Assembly (NCBI GenBank): GCA_963765495.1
Contig: CAVXWP010000005.1
Span: 158,531 to 222,530 of the forward strand
Direction of reading: 5' to 3'
Length of the DNA: 64,000 nt
Origin: Blastocatellia bacterium
Lineage (GTDB): Bacteria; Acidobacteriota; Blastocatellia; UBA7656
Part shown: in pieces, positions 29,478 through 39,261 of the stretch
Numbering within the stretch: the stretch's first letter is position 1
Layout: each line of letters starts with the position of its first letter
The notes under the pieces: model-generated
The model's database searches: none
Told to the model about the DNA's origin: nothing
Seen by the model: only the letters and a program-made list of their open reading frames with translations
Translations under genes and position numbers: made by a program

Positions 29478-31762
29478 GTGCAGCAAAGAAGATCGTTAGA
29501 GAGCGGCCTACTATAACAGAGGCTTCGACCACGGGCGCGCTCACGCCTATAAAGAAGTCTGACAAGGGACCAGTAGCAGTTGACATTAACTCTCTCGCTG
29601 CAACTGCCGTTGGACTAGTGGAGCCTTTCAAAAGTATTCCACCTTGCTAAACCGTCAGCGGTCGCCCCTTGTAAGTCCACTTGAACGGTTTCGCCAGTGT
29701 CTGATTGAAGTAGTCGATGAACTCCAGAATTCTCTGGCGCAGTTCGTCGGTTGATTTGAACGAGGCGCGTTTGAGTAGACGACGTACCAGAATGCTGAAC
29801 CACATCTCAATCTGATTGAGCCACGAGCAATGCTTCGGCGTGTAAACAAACCGAATGCGGTGTTGGCTGCGACTCAGAAACTCGGCGCGACTGCTCATTG
29901 ACTTCAGGATTCCGGATTTGCCTTTCTCGCCCAGATCATCTGGGTAACCGATCTGGGCGGCGACCCAGGCGACCAGTGATTCCGATTGATGGGTGTTGAG
30001 TTGATCAGAGATAAATATCCATTGATCATTGGGAGCCGTGGCAACGGTCTGGGCGATATGGGCGACGAAGTCGGCTTCCGTCCGCGTCGCACCCAGACTG
30101 GGCGCAAGTGGTTTTCCGGTCGCCACCTCGAAGTTGGCGATCAAGCATTGTGTGCCATGCCGAATGTATTCGTACTCCTGGCGCTCGATCTGGCCAGCCT
30201 GATCGGCCAAGCCGGGCTGCATCAGCTTTGTCGGTGCGGCGCGTTCCAGCGCCTGAATGCCAGTCTTTTCGTCCGTGCTCATCAGATGAATGCCTTGTTC
30301 GTGCAGTCGCGGCGCTTGCTCGTAAAGATCGCACACGGTTTTGACTTGTTCGCCGAACGCTTCCGAGTCACGCTCTGGGGCGTTAAGCCAGTATTCACTC
30401 CGATGCGGTTTTAAATCGGTCTGATTTTAAAAAACGCCCGACACTCGACGCCGAGATGCTTGCAACGATCTGGCGTTTGACGACTTCATCGGCTAACTCC
30501 GACGGCGTCCAATGACTGATCGGGCGGGCACTTTTAGCTGTCGCTTCACAGGCGACGGCGACGATCTGCACGATCTGTTCGGCGGTGAAGGTCGGCGGCG
30601 TTCCACGACGCGGCAGATCGCTTAGGCTGGCGACGATCAGTTCGCGCATCTGCTTGTCGCTTTGGTTGGCGACTTCGGCCTGCTGTAGTTTGGGCAGCAG
30701 AGCAAGCCAGCGATTGCGCCACTTACGTACCACGGCGCGATCCATTTGGTGCTGACGGGCGAGTTCGTTATTACCGACGCCAGTGGCCATCGCCAACATC
30801 ATCAAGGCACGAACGACCAGCCGGTATTCTGTGCTGCGTTGCCTGGCGATTTCTTCAACTATCTTTCGCGATCTCTCTGAGAGATCAATCTTCGGGGAAG
30901 TTTGGTTTGGCATCTGTCGCTCCCAGCCCTTGATGTAGATTGCTTCAGATGCTGATTCTACCATTCAAAGAACAAGGTGGAGAATTTCAGAAAGGCTCCA
31001 CTAGGCTTCGACTCTGTTGTGCGCGAGATGCGGAAAGGCTGGGCGCGTCGAGTCCTTTTCCTCATCGAAAATGAGCATCTGGAACCGGCTGAGGCGGTCA
31101 GGATAGCCGGTCAGGGTGATATGCCGACCGACGAATTGATAGAGGAGCTAAAGCGGCGTAACGTCGAATCTATCTCGTGGGGGAATCTTTCGACCATCTA
31201 TGCGCGCGACCCTGACGCTGCCGAGGAGCTTTGGACGGAGATGCAGGAGCAGGCCCGTCAGGAACTTGATAGCGGTCATCGTGCAGCCGAAGTATTCGAG
31301 TCAACCGAGTGGCAGCAGGAACCGTGGAAGCGAGCCCAATACTTGGCTATCCGCGACGGGTTCATAGAAGTGTGGCAGCCGAGGGGCACGCTAGAGCGCA
31401 CTATGATAGATATGCTCGCAGAGTCGTTCGTGATGTTTCAGCACTGGACCGGAGTACACTACTACCGCGCAACCAGTGAAGCGAAAGCGTTGCCGACGGA
31501 AAAGGAAATAAAATTCGCTAAGAAACACAAAGGAGAGTGGTGGCCTCCGCGTGTCTACGAACAGGAGGCTATCGAGCAAGCGGCAGCGATGGCCGACAGG
31601 TTTAATCGGATATTTCTGCGGACGTTACGGAACTTGCGCGATCTTCGGCGATACACAGCGGCAGTTACGATCAACAATCCTGAGCAAGTCAATATAGCCG
31701 CAGATGGGGGGCAGCAAGTAAATGTCCAGAAGAAGGCCAAGAACTGCGCAAACGTTAGATAG
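29474..31762 (+). pseudogene. Hypothetical backbone gene split by IS630
   Basis: ATG overlaps the DUF6788 stop (ATGA); removing the IS and one CTAG rejoins ...AVG-L-GFDSVVREM in frame. Confidence 0.8.
29615..31004 (-). mobile_element. IS630 family element, two-ORF frameshift type
   Basis: 15-bp perfect IR CTAGTGGAGCCTTTC/GAAAGGCTCCACTAG; orfA 30913-30395 (HTH), orfB to 29647 (DEKTGIQ, DQLNTH, SWLNQIE); TTTTTTAAAA slip site near 30430. Confidence 0.92.
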
Positions 31763-32544
31763 AAAAGAGAATCAGCGCCCCGGAGATCTCAATTTCGCGC
31801 CGGATGGCCAGATTAGGATGCTTGATAATGATTATTTACACTACAGTTGTGATTGCATCCGTTCGATGATCGGAATGAAAAGCGGGTGGAGGCGACTGTG
31901 AAAGTTGTCGAATCAGATATGACGAAGGATGAGTACCGTTGCCTAATCATGGCTATGGGGGGCTTGGCATTGATGACGCTACTTTCAACGAACAGGCCGA
32001 CACACTGCTGGCTCTGGCTATGCGGTTCCCGGCAGGAACCGGGATCGAGCGCGACGAAGCAGACTTCGAGCAGCGCCGGACTTCAACGTAAATGAGATGC
32101 GATTGATAAAGTGAAGTTTCTCTAACAAATCATAGTATCCTATGGTAGCTAAGCAGTCCGATACAATTAACAATTAGCCACACCTTCATCTTGTCTTGTG
32201 CTTTTTGGTAATTTCACAAGCAGGGGTGGTGAGTTAAGACAAACTGTTGACCACTTTTCCCCAGAGTGTTAGACTCCCACTTCATGCCCCTGCCAGTAGA
32301 GATTTATATTGAATAGTCGTTCCTGAATAAAGTCCCTTTTCGAGGGCTGAAGCGCTCAAAATGACTCGAAGGGCTATCTTGGCTTTGCGATACCCCGAAG
32401 AGTATTAGCAAATCACAAGTTTTGCAACTTGCTTTGCGATTTCTAGTGATTTTTTGAACCGTTTTTTCGATCTATATATGTCCCTCTGGGTTAGGCACTT
32501 CTTCAGGAAGACTAAGTAGACTGTCAGTTTGTTAAGGAGCCTTA

Positions 32545-33642
32545 ATGGCCTTATTGCAAGAGGGCCAGATAATCAGAGACACCTACCGAGTTGAGCGATT
32601 CCTGGGTGAGGGCGCATTTGCTGAGGTTTATAGAGTGCATCATCGATTCCTTGGTCGGCAAGCTTTAAAGGTTCTGAAAGCACCTAGCACTTCGCTTGAG
32701 GAAGTTGAACACATGCTCGCGGAGGCAATTCTGCTTTCGCGAATTGGTCACCCCAATATCATTCGGGTTTTCGACGCCAATGTACTGGATGGTCCAGGTA
32801 GTAGGTTTGCCTTTTTCACGATGGAGTATGTGGCTGGTGGAAATCTCGATTTATTTTGGCGATCCTATCGAGATTCGCTAATGCCAGTTGATGACGCAAT
32901 TGAAGTGATAAAGCAGGTGTGTTCTGGCATTTCGGTAGCTCATAGTGAGAATCCACCTATAGTCCACCGCGACATCAAGCCGCAGAACATCCTCGTAGGT
33001 TATGATGGACTGGGTTTGCGAATTCGAGTTAGTGATTTTGGCTTGGCCAAGCATGTCAACCCGCTTACTCTCCTGGCGAGTTCCAAGGGAACGCTGAGCT
33101 TTAAGCCACCAGAGTCACTCGTTGCTAATATGGACTCGCCCGCGACTGATGTCTGGGCATTAGGTACAACGCTATATGTCCTTCTGACAGATACGCTGCC
33201 ATTTCCTGAGTTGGACAGTCGCGACTTGGCAGACAGTAGGAGGTTACTCCAACCCTTGCGCCCAGCCAGTATTTACAATATCAATGTCGATCTAGCGCTA
33301 GATACTATTCTTGCGCGGTGCCTTGCTAAGGATCCGAAAGACCGATATGCAGATGCCTCTAGGCTGCTGTCCGACTTAACTCGATGGCGAGGTGACCGAT
33401 CAAAGTCCTGTTCGACATATACAACCATTTCTGGAGACGATAAAACGGCATTAGGTTGCGGGCCAGCAGTTGATCTTACAACAGCAGAGCGGATGGTTGA
33501 AGAAGCTCTGGCTCTTGCACAACGACCTAATAGCTTGATGAGTGCTGCAGATCTTTTAGAGGAAGCCATAAACAATGTGCCAAAGCTTCGAGAGCAATAC
33601 GAATCACGCATCAGGCTCTGGCGGCGTGGTGTAAGTATGTGA
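32545..33642 (+). CDS. Hanks-type Ser/Thr protein kinase, soluble, short helical C-tail
   Basis: GEGAFAEV, ALK, HRDIKPQN, DFG, PPE, DVWALG all intact; AAGGAG RBS. Confidence 0.95.
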   Translation: MALLQEGQIIRDTYRVERFLGEGAFAEVYRVHHRFLGRQALKVLKAPSTSLEEVEHMLAEAILLSRIGHPNIIRVFDANVLDGPGSRFAFFTMEYVAGGNLDLFWRSYRDSLMPVDDAIEVIKQVCSGISVAHSENPPIVHRDIKPQNILVGYDGLGLRIRVSDFGLAKHVNPLTLLASSKGTLSFKPPESLVANMDSPATDVWALGTTLYVLLTDTLPFPELDSRDLADSRRLLQPLRPASIYNINVDLALDTILARCLAKDPKDRYADASRLLSDLTRWRGDRSKSCSTYTTISGDDKTALGCGPAVDLTTAERMVEEALALAQRPNSLMSAADLLEEAINNVPKLREQYESRIRLWRRGVSM

Positions 33643-33660
33643 GGAGACAATACGAGTTCG

Positions 33661-36003
33661 ATGCTTGAATTATCTACCCAAGATCCTGAAACTACAGCTT
33701 TACTTGAGATTGCTACTCCGGATCTCTACCGCAGGAATGCATTCCGAATTCTCGGTCTTCAGGTAACGGTTACACCTCGCGAGATCGCGCGACACCAGAA
33801 AAAACTGATAATGTTCAATAAGCTGGACCTTCAATCTGATTCCCGCGAATTTGGCAACGGGTTGCTGCCGCTTGATCCTCCGCCCAGTGTTGACGTAATT
33901 GAGAAAGCAACACATCGCCTTCATAATCCAATAGAGCGTGTGGTTGATGAGTTATTTTGGTTCTGGCCGCAAGACCCCAATAGTGAAGAAGATGATGCCC
34001 TTCAGATGGTACGAGAAAGGAACCTCAATGCGGCTTTATCTTGTTGGATTCTTCATCAAAAGGATGGCAGAGCCGAAACCGTTGCTACTCATAATCTAGC
34101 AGTCCTAAATCATCTACTTGCCCTTGATCTAGAGGCTGCCAGTAATGTACGCCAGTTGAACAAGAGCGAACTCGATTTACGCGATCACTATTGGACACAA
34201 GCTTATTTGAATTGGTGCGCGGTTTCTGAAGACGAAAGCTTTTGGAGTCGAGTGTCCGCACGCATTCGAGAAATCGATGATCCTCGGCTGACAACTGGTG
34301 CTACGCGTCGACTTCGACGTGCCCTTCCCACAGCAATTCTCACAATTAGCGCCAAGCAGGCCATGCACGCGGCAAGGAAAGGAAATATCAACGAAGTTAA
34401 ATTGCATCTTAGATACGTCTGGGAGAGCGATTTCGACAACAGCATCCTTGTCAGAATACTTGAACGTGAAATCGCTCCTACCGTCGAGCAGATTAAAGGA
34501 GTCTGTGCGCCTGCAATTGACGCCGCGGAAGTCAATCCCAACCGAGCCAATAAAATCGTGCGCCGACTTCTTGCAGAGACCAAGACGAATCTCGCGGCTG
34601 TCGAATCAATTCTCGGCAAAGGACACCAAGTCACTGAACTAGCATATGATGCTGTAGCACGAACGATGCGTGAGTGCATTTTAGTCTTTGGTAACGAGAC
34701 CGCTAATTGGAAAGAGTGCTATGAACTCTTGAAAAAGGCTCGCATCATGGCTAGAGACCCTTCTGTTTGTGAGCGAATCGATAATGATATCCATCAAGTA
34801 AAGGAGAACATCGACTCTCAACGGCAATATGAGGATATGAAAAAGGCGATCACTTGTGATCGCATATACGATGTCACGATTAATGGAACAAGAGCCGTAG
34901 TTCTTAACGCCTGTACTTGTTGTTTGAGTAAAGCTGACTCTGAGCAGACAGTTAGTTACAGTTGGGAGGAAAGACGCATCCTGCAAAGGATTAAACGCAC
35001 TCTCTCATTCGATTTCCCGTTATGTGCGGACTGCCACAAACATCAAAGTGAATATGGCCAGAAGAGCTTCGGGTTGGTTGCTCTCGTCGCACTAGCATCG
35101 ATTGCTATCGCTGTTGTAGCACTGAGTCTAATTGGTCAGGTCGACTTAGGCCTCGTACTAATCGAGGGCGCTTTATTGACGACATCTCTTTTCCTTGTAC
35201 TTGGCCGAGCCTTCCATTTGAAGGAACTCCCAGAAGATCATGCCTGCCGGGAGAGACCAGTCAGAATGGTAAGTGCATCTAATACACATGTCACCTTTCG
35301 GTTCTATCATCCTCTTTACGCAAAGCGATTTGCAGAGTCGAATCGTGTCAAGCCGATTGAGAGGAAAGTAACTAAAGCGCCTCGCGGGGGCGGTTTGATT
35401 TCTAAGGCAACTTTGGTTTCGACTTTGTTGCCATCGTTAGCTGTAGCTGGCATCGGGCAGGCGATTGCTTATTCAGTGATACAGGATGGACGTAAGCAGC
35501 AATCCATCAAAATTGAGTCGAGCAACTCGACTCAGCCTTCAAAACAATTCGAGCCACAAATGCCACCATCGTCCCCACAAGCCAGTAAGACTCGCCAAAA
35601 GAGTGATCCTACTAACGTACGAGGATCAGGAACACAGGAGAGCCCTACACATTCCACTTCGCCGCCGATCAACGCAGTGTCGGGTCTTACGGTAAAGATC
35701 GATACTGGCAAAGCAAGAATCCACACTCTTGAGGCGCAACTTGAGCAACTAGATTCGCAACTAGATTCACTAAAAAATCAGATTCAACAATATAAGGTGG
35801 ACCTTGCAGATTACGAGCGCAAAAGCCGCTCGGGTACTTATGTAAATGAGTACAGGTATGAAGAGACATTACAAAACCACAACTCCCTTGTAAATCAGTT
35901 CAATTCAATTATTGAAAAACGCAAGACCGTTTATGCTCAATACAAGATTGAAGTTGAATCAGTGAATGATATGATTCGACGCTACAATGCGGGCGAGCGA
36001 TAA
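33661..36003 (+). CDS. Membrane protein: J-like N-terminus, helical repeats, Cys-rich motif, TM helices, C-terminal coiled coil
   Basis: NAFRILGL...LHNPIERVVDELFW; CTCC...CADCHKH; three hydrophobic spans; heptad LEAQLEQLDSQLDSLKNQI. Confidence 0.75.
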   Translation: MLELSTQDPETTALLEIATPDLYRRNAFRILGLQVTVTPREIARHQKKLIMFNKLDLQSDSREFGNGLLPLDPPPSVDVIEKATHRLHNPIERVVDELFWFWPQDPNSEEDDALQMVRERNLNAALSCWILHQKDGRAETVATHNLAVLNHLLALDLEAASNVRQLNKSELDLRDHYWTQAYLNWCAVSEDESFWSRVSARIREIDDPRLTTGATRRLRRALPTAILTISAKQAMHAARKGNINEVKLHLRYVWESDFDNSILVRILEREIAPTVEQIKGVCAPAIDAAEVNPNRANKIVRRLLAETKTNLAAVESILGKGHQVTELAYDAVARTMRECILVFGNETANWKECYELLKKARIMARDPSVCERIDNDIHQVKENIDSQRQYEDMKKAITCDRIYDVTINGTRAVVLNACTCCLSKADSEQTVSYSWEERRILQRIKRTLSFDFPLCADCHKHQSEYGQKSFGLVALVALASIAIAVVALSLIGQVDLGLVLIEGALLTTSLFLVLGRAFHLKELPEDHACRERPVRMVSASNTHVTFRFYHPLYAKRFAESNRVKPIERKVTKAPRGGGLISKATLVSTLLPSLAVAGIGQAIAYSVIQDGRKQQSIKIESSNSTQPSKQFEPQMPPSSPQASKTRQKSDPTNVRGSGTQESPTHSTSPPINAVSGLTVKIDTGKARIHTLEAQLEQLDSQLDSLKNQIQQYKVDLADYERKSRSGTYVNEYRYEETLQNHNSLVNQFNSIIEKRKTVYAQYKIEVESVNDMIRRYNAGER

Positions 36004-36014
36004 AGGAGATACTT

Positions 36015-36596
36015 GTGAGTAAGAAGCAAGAAGTGAAGACTGTCAAGAAGAGTTTTGAAAAACTGCGAATCTTTATCACAAGCCCGATTACCTATTTCCG
36101 GAAAACATCTCCATTAGAATCAGACGCGAGCCCAAAAGATGAAATGAATCGTTATACCGGTCCCTCGCCCCTACTGAACGTTCAACAAGAAACGTATGAT
36201 CCCCGTGAGATTATGCGTACTCTGGCTACTGTTGCGACGGCACTTTGGCGGGTAAGATCCAAATTGGTAGTGGAAGGGTTAAGCGAGTTGCCGCGAGAAC
36301 TCCGGTATCTTCCAAGGCATGTACAGGCGGCCTGGGATGCGTTGGAGGCCTGCCATATTCAGGTGCAGGATCATAATGAGGAACGTTATTTACCCGGAAT
36401 GGCAGTTAATCCGATCACGTTCCAACCGACCCCAGGGATTGCGACCGAAGTCATTTCTGAAACCATTAAACCGTCAGTATTTTATAAAGACATCCTCATT
36501 CAACGTGCAGATGTGATAGTTGCACAGCCCGTAGAACATCCGAGCGGTGATGCTGATAGCGGGAATGGGGAATCAACAACCATTGAGTCACTTTAG
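36015..36596 (+). CDS. Divergent GrpE-like protein
   Basis: C-terminal beta-domain pattern EVISETIKPSVFYKDILIQRADVIVA; position directly before Hsp70. Confidence 0.65.
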   Translation: MSKKQEVKTVKKSFEKLRIFITSPITYFRKTSPLESDASPKDEMNRYTGPSPLLNVQQETYDPREIMRTLATVATALWRVRSKLVVEGLSELPRELRYLPRHVQAAWDALEACHIQVQDHNEERYLPGMAVNPITFQPTPGIATEVISETIKPSVFYKDILIQRADVIVAQPVEHPSGDADSGNGESTTIESL

Positions 36597-36621
36597 GTTT
36601 GTAGCTAAAGGAGAAAGCCCA

Positions 36622-39133
36622 ATGACGAGGACAAGCATCGACTATGGAATTGATCTTGGTACAACAAACAGTGCGGTGGCAGTGCTAGTCGGCACAACAC
36701 CCGAAGTCATCGCAAGAGTAGATGGGTCTATCGTAACGCCCTCCGCAATCTGGTTTGATAAGCGCGGCCAACAATTTATAGGCCAAAAAGCACGTGGCAA
36801 TTACTTCTCTGATGAAGAGAATGGAGCGATTGAATTCAAGCTACACATGGGAGAAGAGTGGCAAAGAACCTTCCAACGCACCGGGCACAAAATGCTTCCA
36901 GAGGAGATGTCCGCTGAGATTTTGAAATCGCTTAAAGATGATGTTCAAATGATGAAGGGAGAAGACCTGAAGGCTGCAGTAATCACGGTACCCGCTGCAT
37001 TCGAATTGCCGCAGTGCGAAGCAACGAGGCGCGCCGCCAAATTGGCAGGACTGACAATAAGTCCATTACTCCAAGAACCAATCGCGGCAGCACTGGCTTA
37101 CGGCTTTCAATCGGCAGCAAACAAGGTTTTCTGGCTCGTGTACGATTTCGGGGGTGGGACATTCGATGCTGCTGTTATTCAGGTAAGGGATGGTGTACTC
37201 CAAGTCGTAAACCATGCTGGTCATAATTACCTCGGTGGGAAGAATATCGATTGGGAGATAGTAGACAAACTTCTGATACCAAGACTTACGAAAGAATGGA
37301 AGCTCACGGACTTTACACGTCAGAACCCAAAGTGGCGCTCGGCGATTGCAAAAGCTGAAGTTATTCGCTGAGGATGTTAAGATCCAGGTTTCAAGAACCC
37401 GAAAGCCATACGAAATATGGATAGAGAATCTGTGCGAAGATGACCGGGGCGAACTCATCGACTTCGGCTACGAACTGACTCCCGAACAGATTCAGGAGGT
37501 TATCGAACCCTGGGTGGTTCAGTCACTAAACCTCTGCAAAAGGGCCTTACAAGAGAAGGGGCTTTCCGGGCAGGCCATCGAGAAGACCATTCTGGTTGGC
37601 GGCTCTACTCTTTTCCCCTGGCTGCAGGAGCGTGTAGCTGATGAATTGGGAACCCAAATTGATTTCAGCATAGATCCGATTACTGTGGTTGCACGAGGGG
37701 CAGCAGTATTCGCAGGCACACAGAGGCTCACCTTAGATGAGGGATCTGTTAAAGTCGGCTCTTATAAGATTGCCCTTGAATATGAGCCGGTAGGCAGTGA
37801 AACGAATCCTCTAGTCGGAGGGCGAATAGTAGCTCCGGCCAGCACATCTGTACTTGGCTTATCCGTTGAAATCGTTGAGACTCGCAGCCAATGGAGAAGC
37901 GGTAAAATCAGAGTGTCAAATACTGGGACCTTCCTTACTGAAGTAAATGCTGAGAAAGGAAGAAAATGTGAGTTTGAAATCGCATTGTATGATTCTCATG
38001 GCTCTCGTTTGCCGTGTGAGCCCGATAGTTTCTCCTACACCGTAGGGATGGTAATCACGAGCCCGCCTCTGACTCACACAATTGGTGTGGCGATGGCGAA
38101 TAACAAGTTGGACATATTCTTTCCAAAGGGGGAGCCGCTGCCTGCCCGTAAGACAAACCCTTACCACCATACGGCTGTCGCACTCCGCAAGAACGCACCG
38201 GTGGGGCCTGAAAATATCATAAGAATCCCAATAGTAGAGGGAGAAAGTATAAACAAGGCTGATCGTAATCGTCGTATTGGGGTCATCGAAATACTTCCAA
38301 CGGATCCACGAGTAAAGAGAGATGTTCCTATGGGCAGCGATATAGAGATCACGATTGAAGTTGATACGTCACGGACGGCGCGAACAAAGGTATATATCCC
38401 TATACTCGATGAAGAGTTTGAAGAAGTGTTTGAGTCGAATATAACAACAAAGACGCCGGACGAGCTTCGACACGAACTTGATAGTGAATTAGAACGCCTC
38501 CACAAATTGGAAGAAAAGGCAGCGCAAATAAGCGACCAGAGGTGTCAGATCGTACTTTCACGCTTGCAAGAAGAGCAAATCGTTGAAACAGCTAGAAGGC
38601 AGGTTTCGGCAGCAATTGTTGATTCTGAGGCCAGGGCTGAAGGAGACAAGAAACTCCTAGATTTGAAGTTAGCGATTGATTCTGTCGAGGATATATTAAA
38701 ATGGCCCGATTTGGTTAAGGAGGCATGGAATCAGATTAGTGAGACCAAGGCGACTATCGAGGGAGACGGGACAGAATCGGAGAAGGAGCAGATGCAAAGG
38801 CTTGAAGATGCAATTGAAGAGGCAATTGCCGAGGAGCGAATAGAAGTTCTGCGGTCAAAGATTGAGGAGGTGCGCGCGCTCGGCCTCCGTGTGCTTATTC
38901 GCCAGCCTGGCTTCTGGGTTGGTTATTTAGAATATCTTCAAGAACGCCGTGATTTTATGAAAAATCAAGCTGCGGCGGGCTTATTGTTTGATCAAGGGAA
39001 CAAAGCTATCAACAGTAATGACCTAGAAGCACTAAAGGCGGCTGTGCGACAGTTGATAGGCCTACTGCCTGAAGATCAACGAGAAGCAGCAGAAGCGCGC
39101 GGGTCATTTGGAGGAACGACGATACTGAATTAG
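36622..39133 (+). pseudogene. Hsp70 family protein A (about 836 aa if repaired), single-base frameshift at 37350-37353
   Basis: GIDLGTTNS, VITVPAAF, QEPIAAA, DFGGGTFD in first frame; LVGGST, VARGAA in second; removing one A from GCAAAAGCTG restores AIAKLKLFAE. Confidence 0.88.
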
Positions 39134-39261
39134 CAGGCACTAACTTACATCATGCTGCATTTGCGAGAGTTGGTTAGGTTTCTTCTGCAGATCCTACCGG
39201 GCACATTTTTGGCAGCAGCAATAGTATCGAAGGATGAAACATACCGAAAGGAAAAAGTTTT

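Noticed and set aside
31853-32095. 80-aa ORF upstream of the kinase as a sixth operon gene
   Set aside because: Weak start, no motif, 450 bp gap to the kinase; cannot support
37346-37371. Programmed ribosomal frameshift in Hsp70-A
   Set aside because: Needs a +1 shift on a 4-A run with no recognisable slippery heptamer; mutation or sequencing error is simpler
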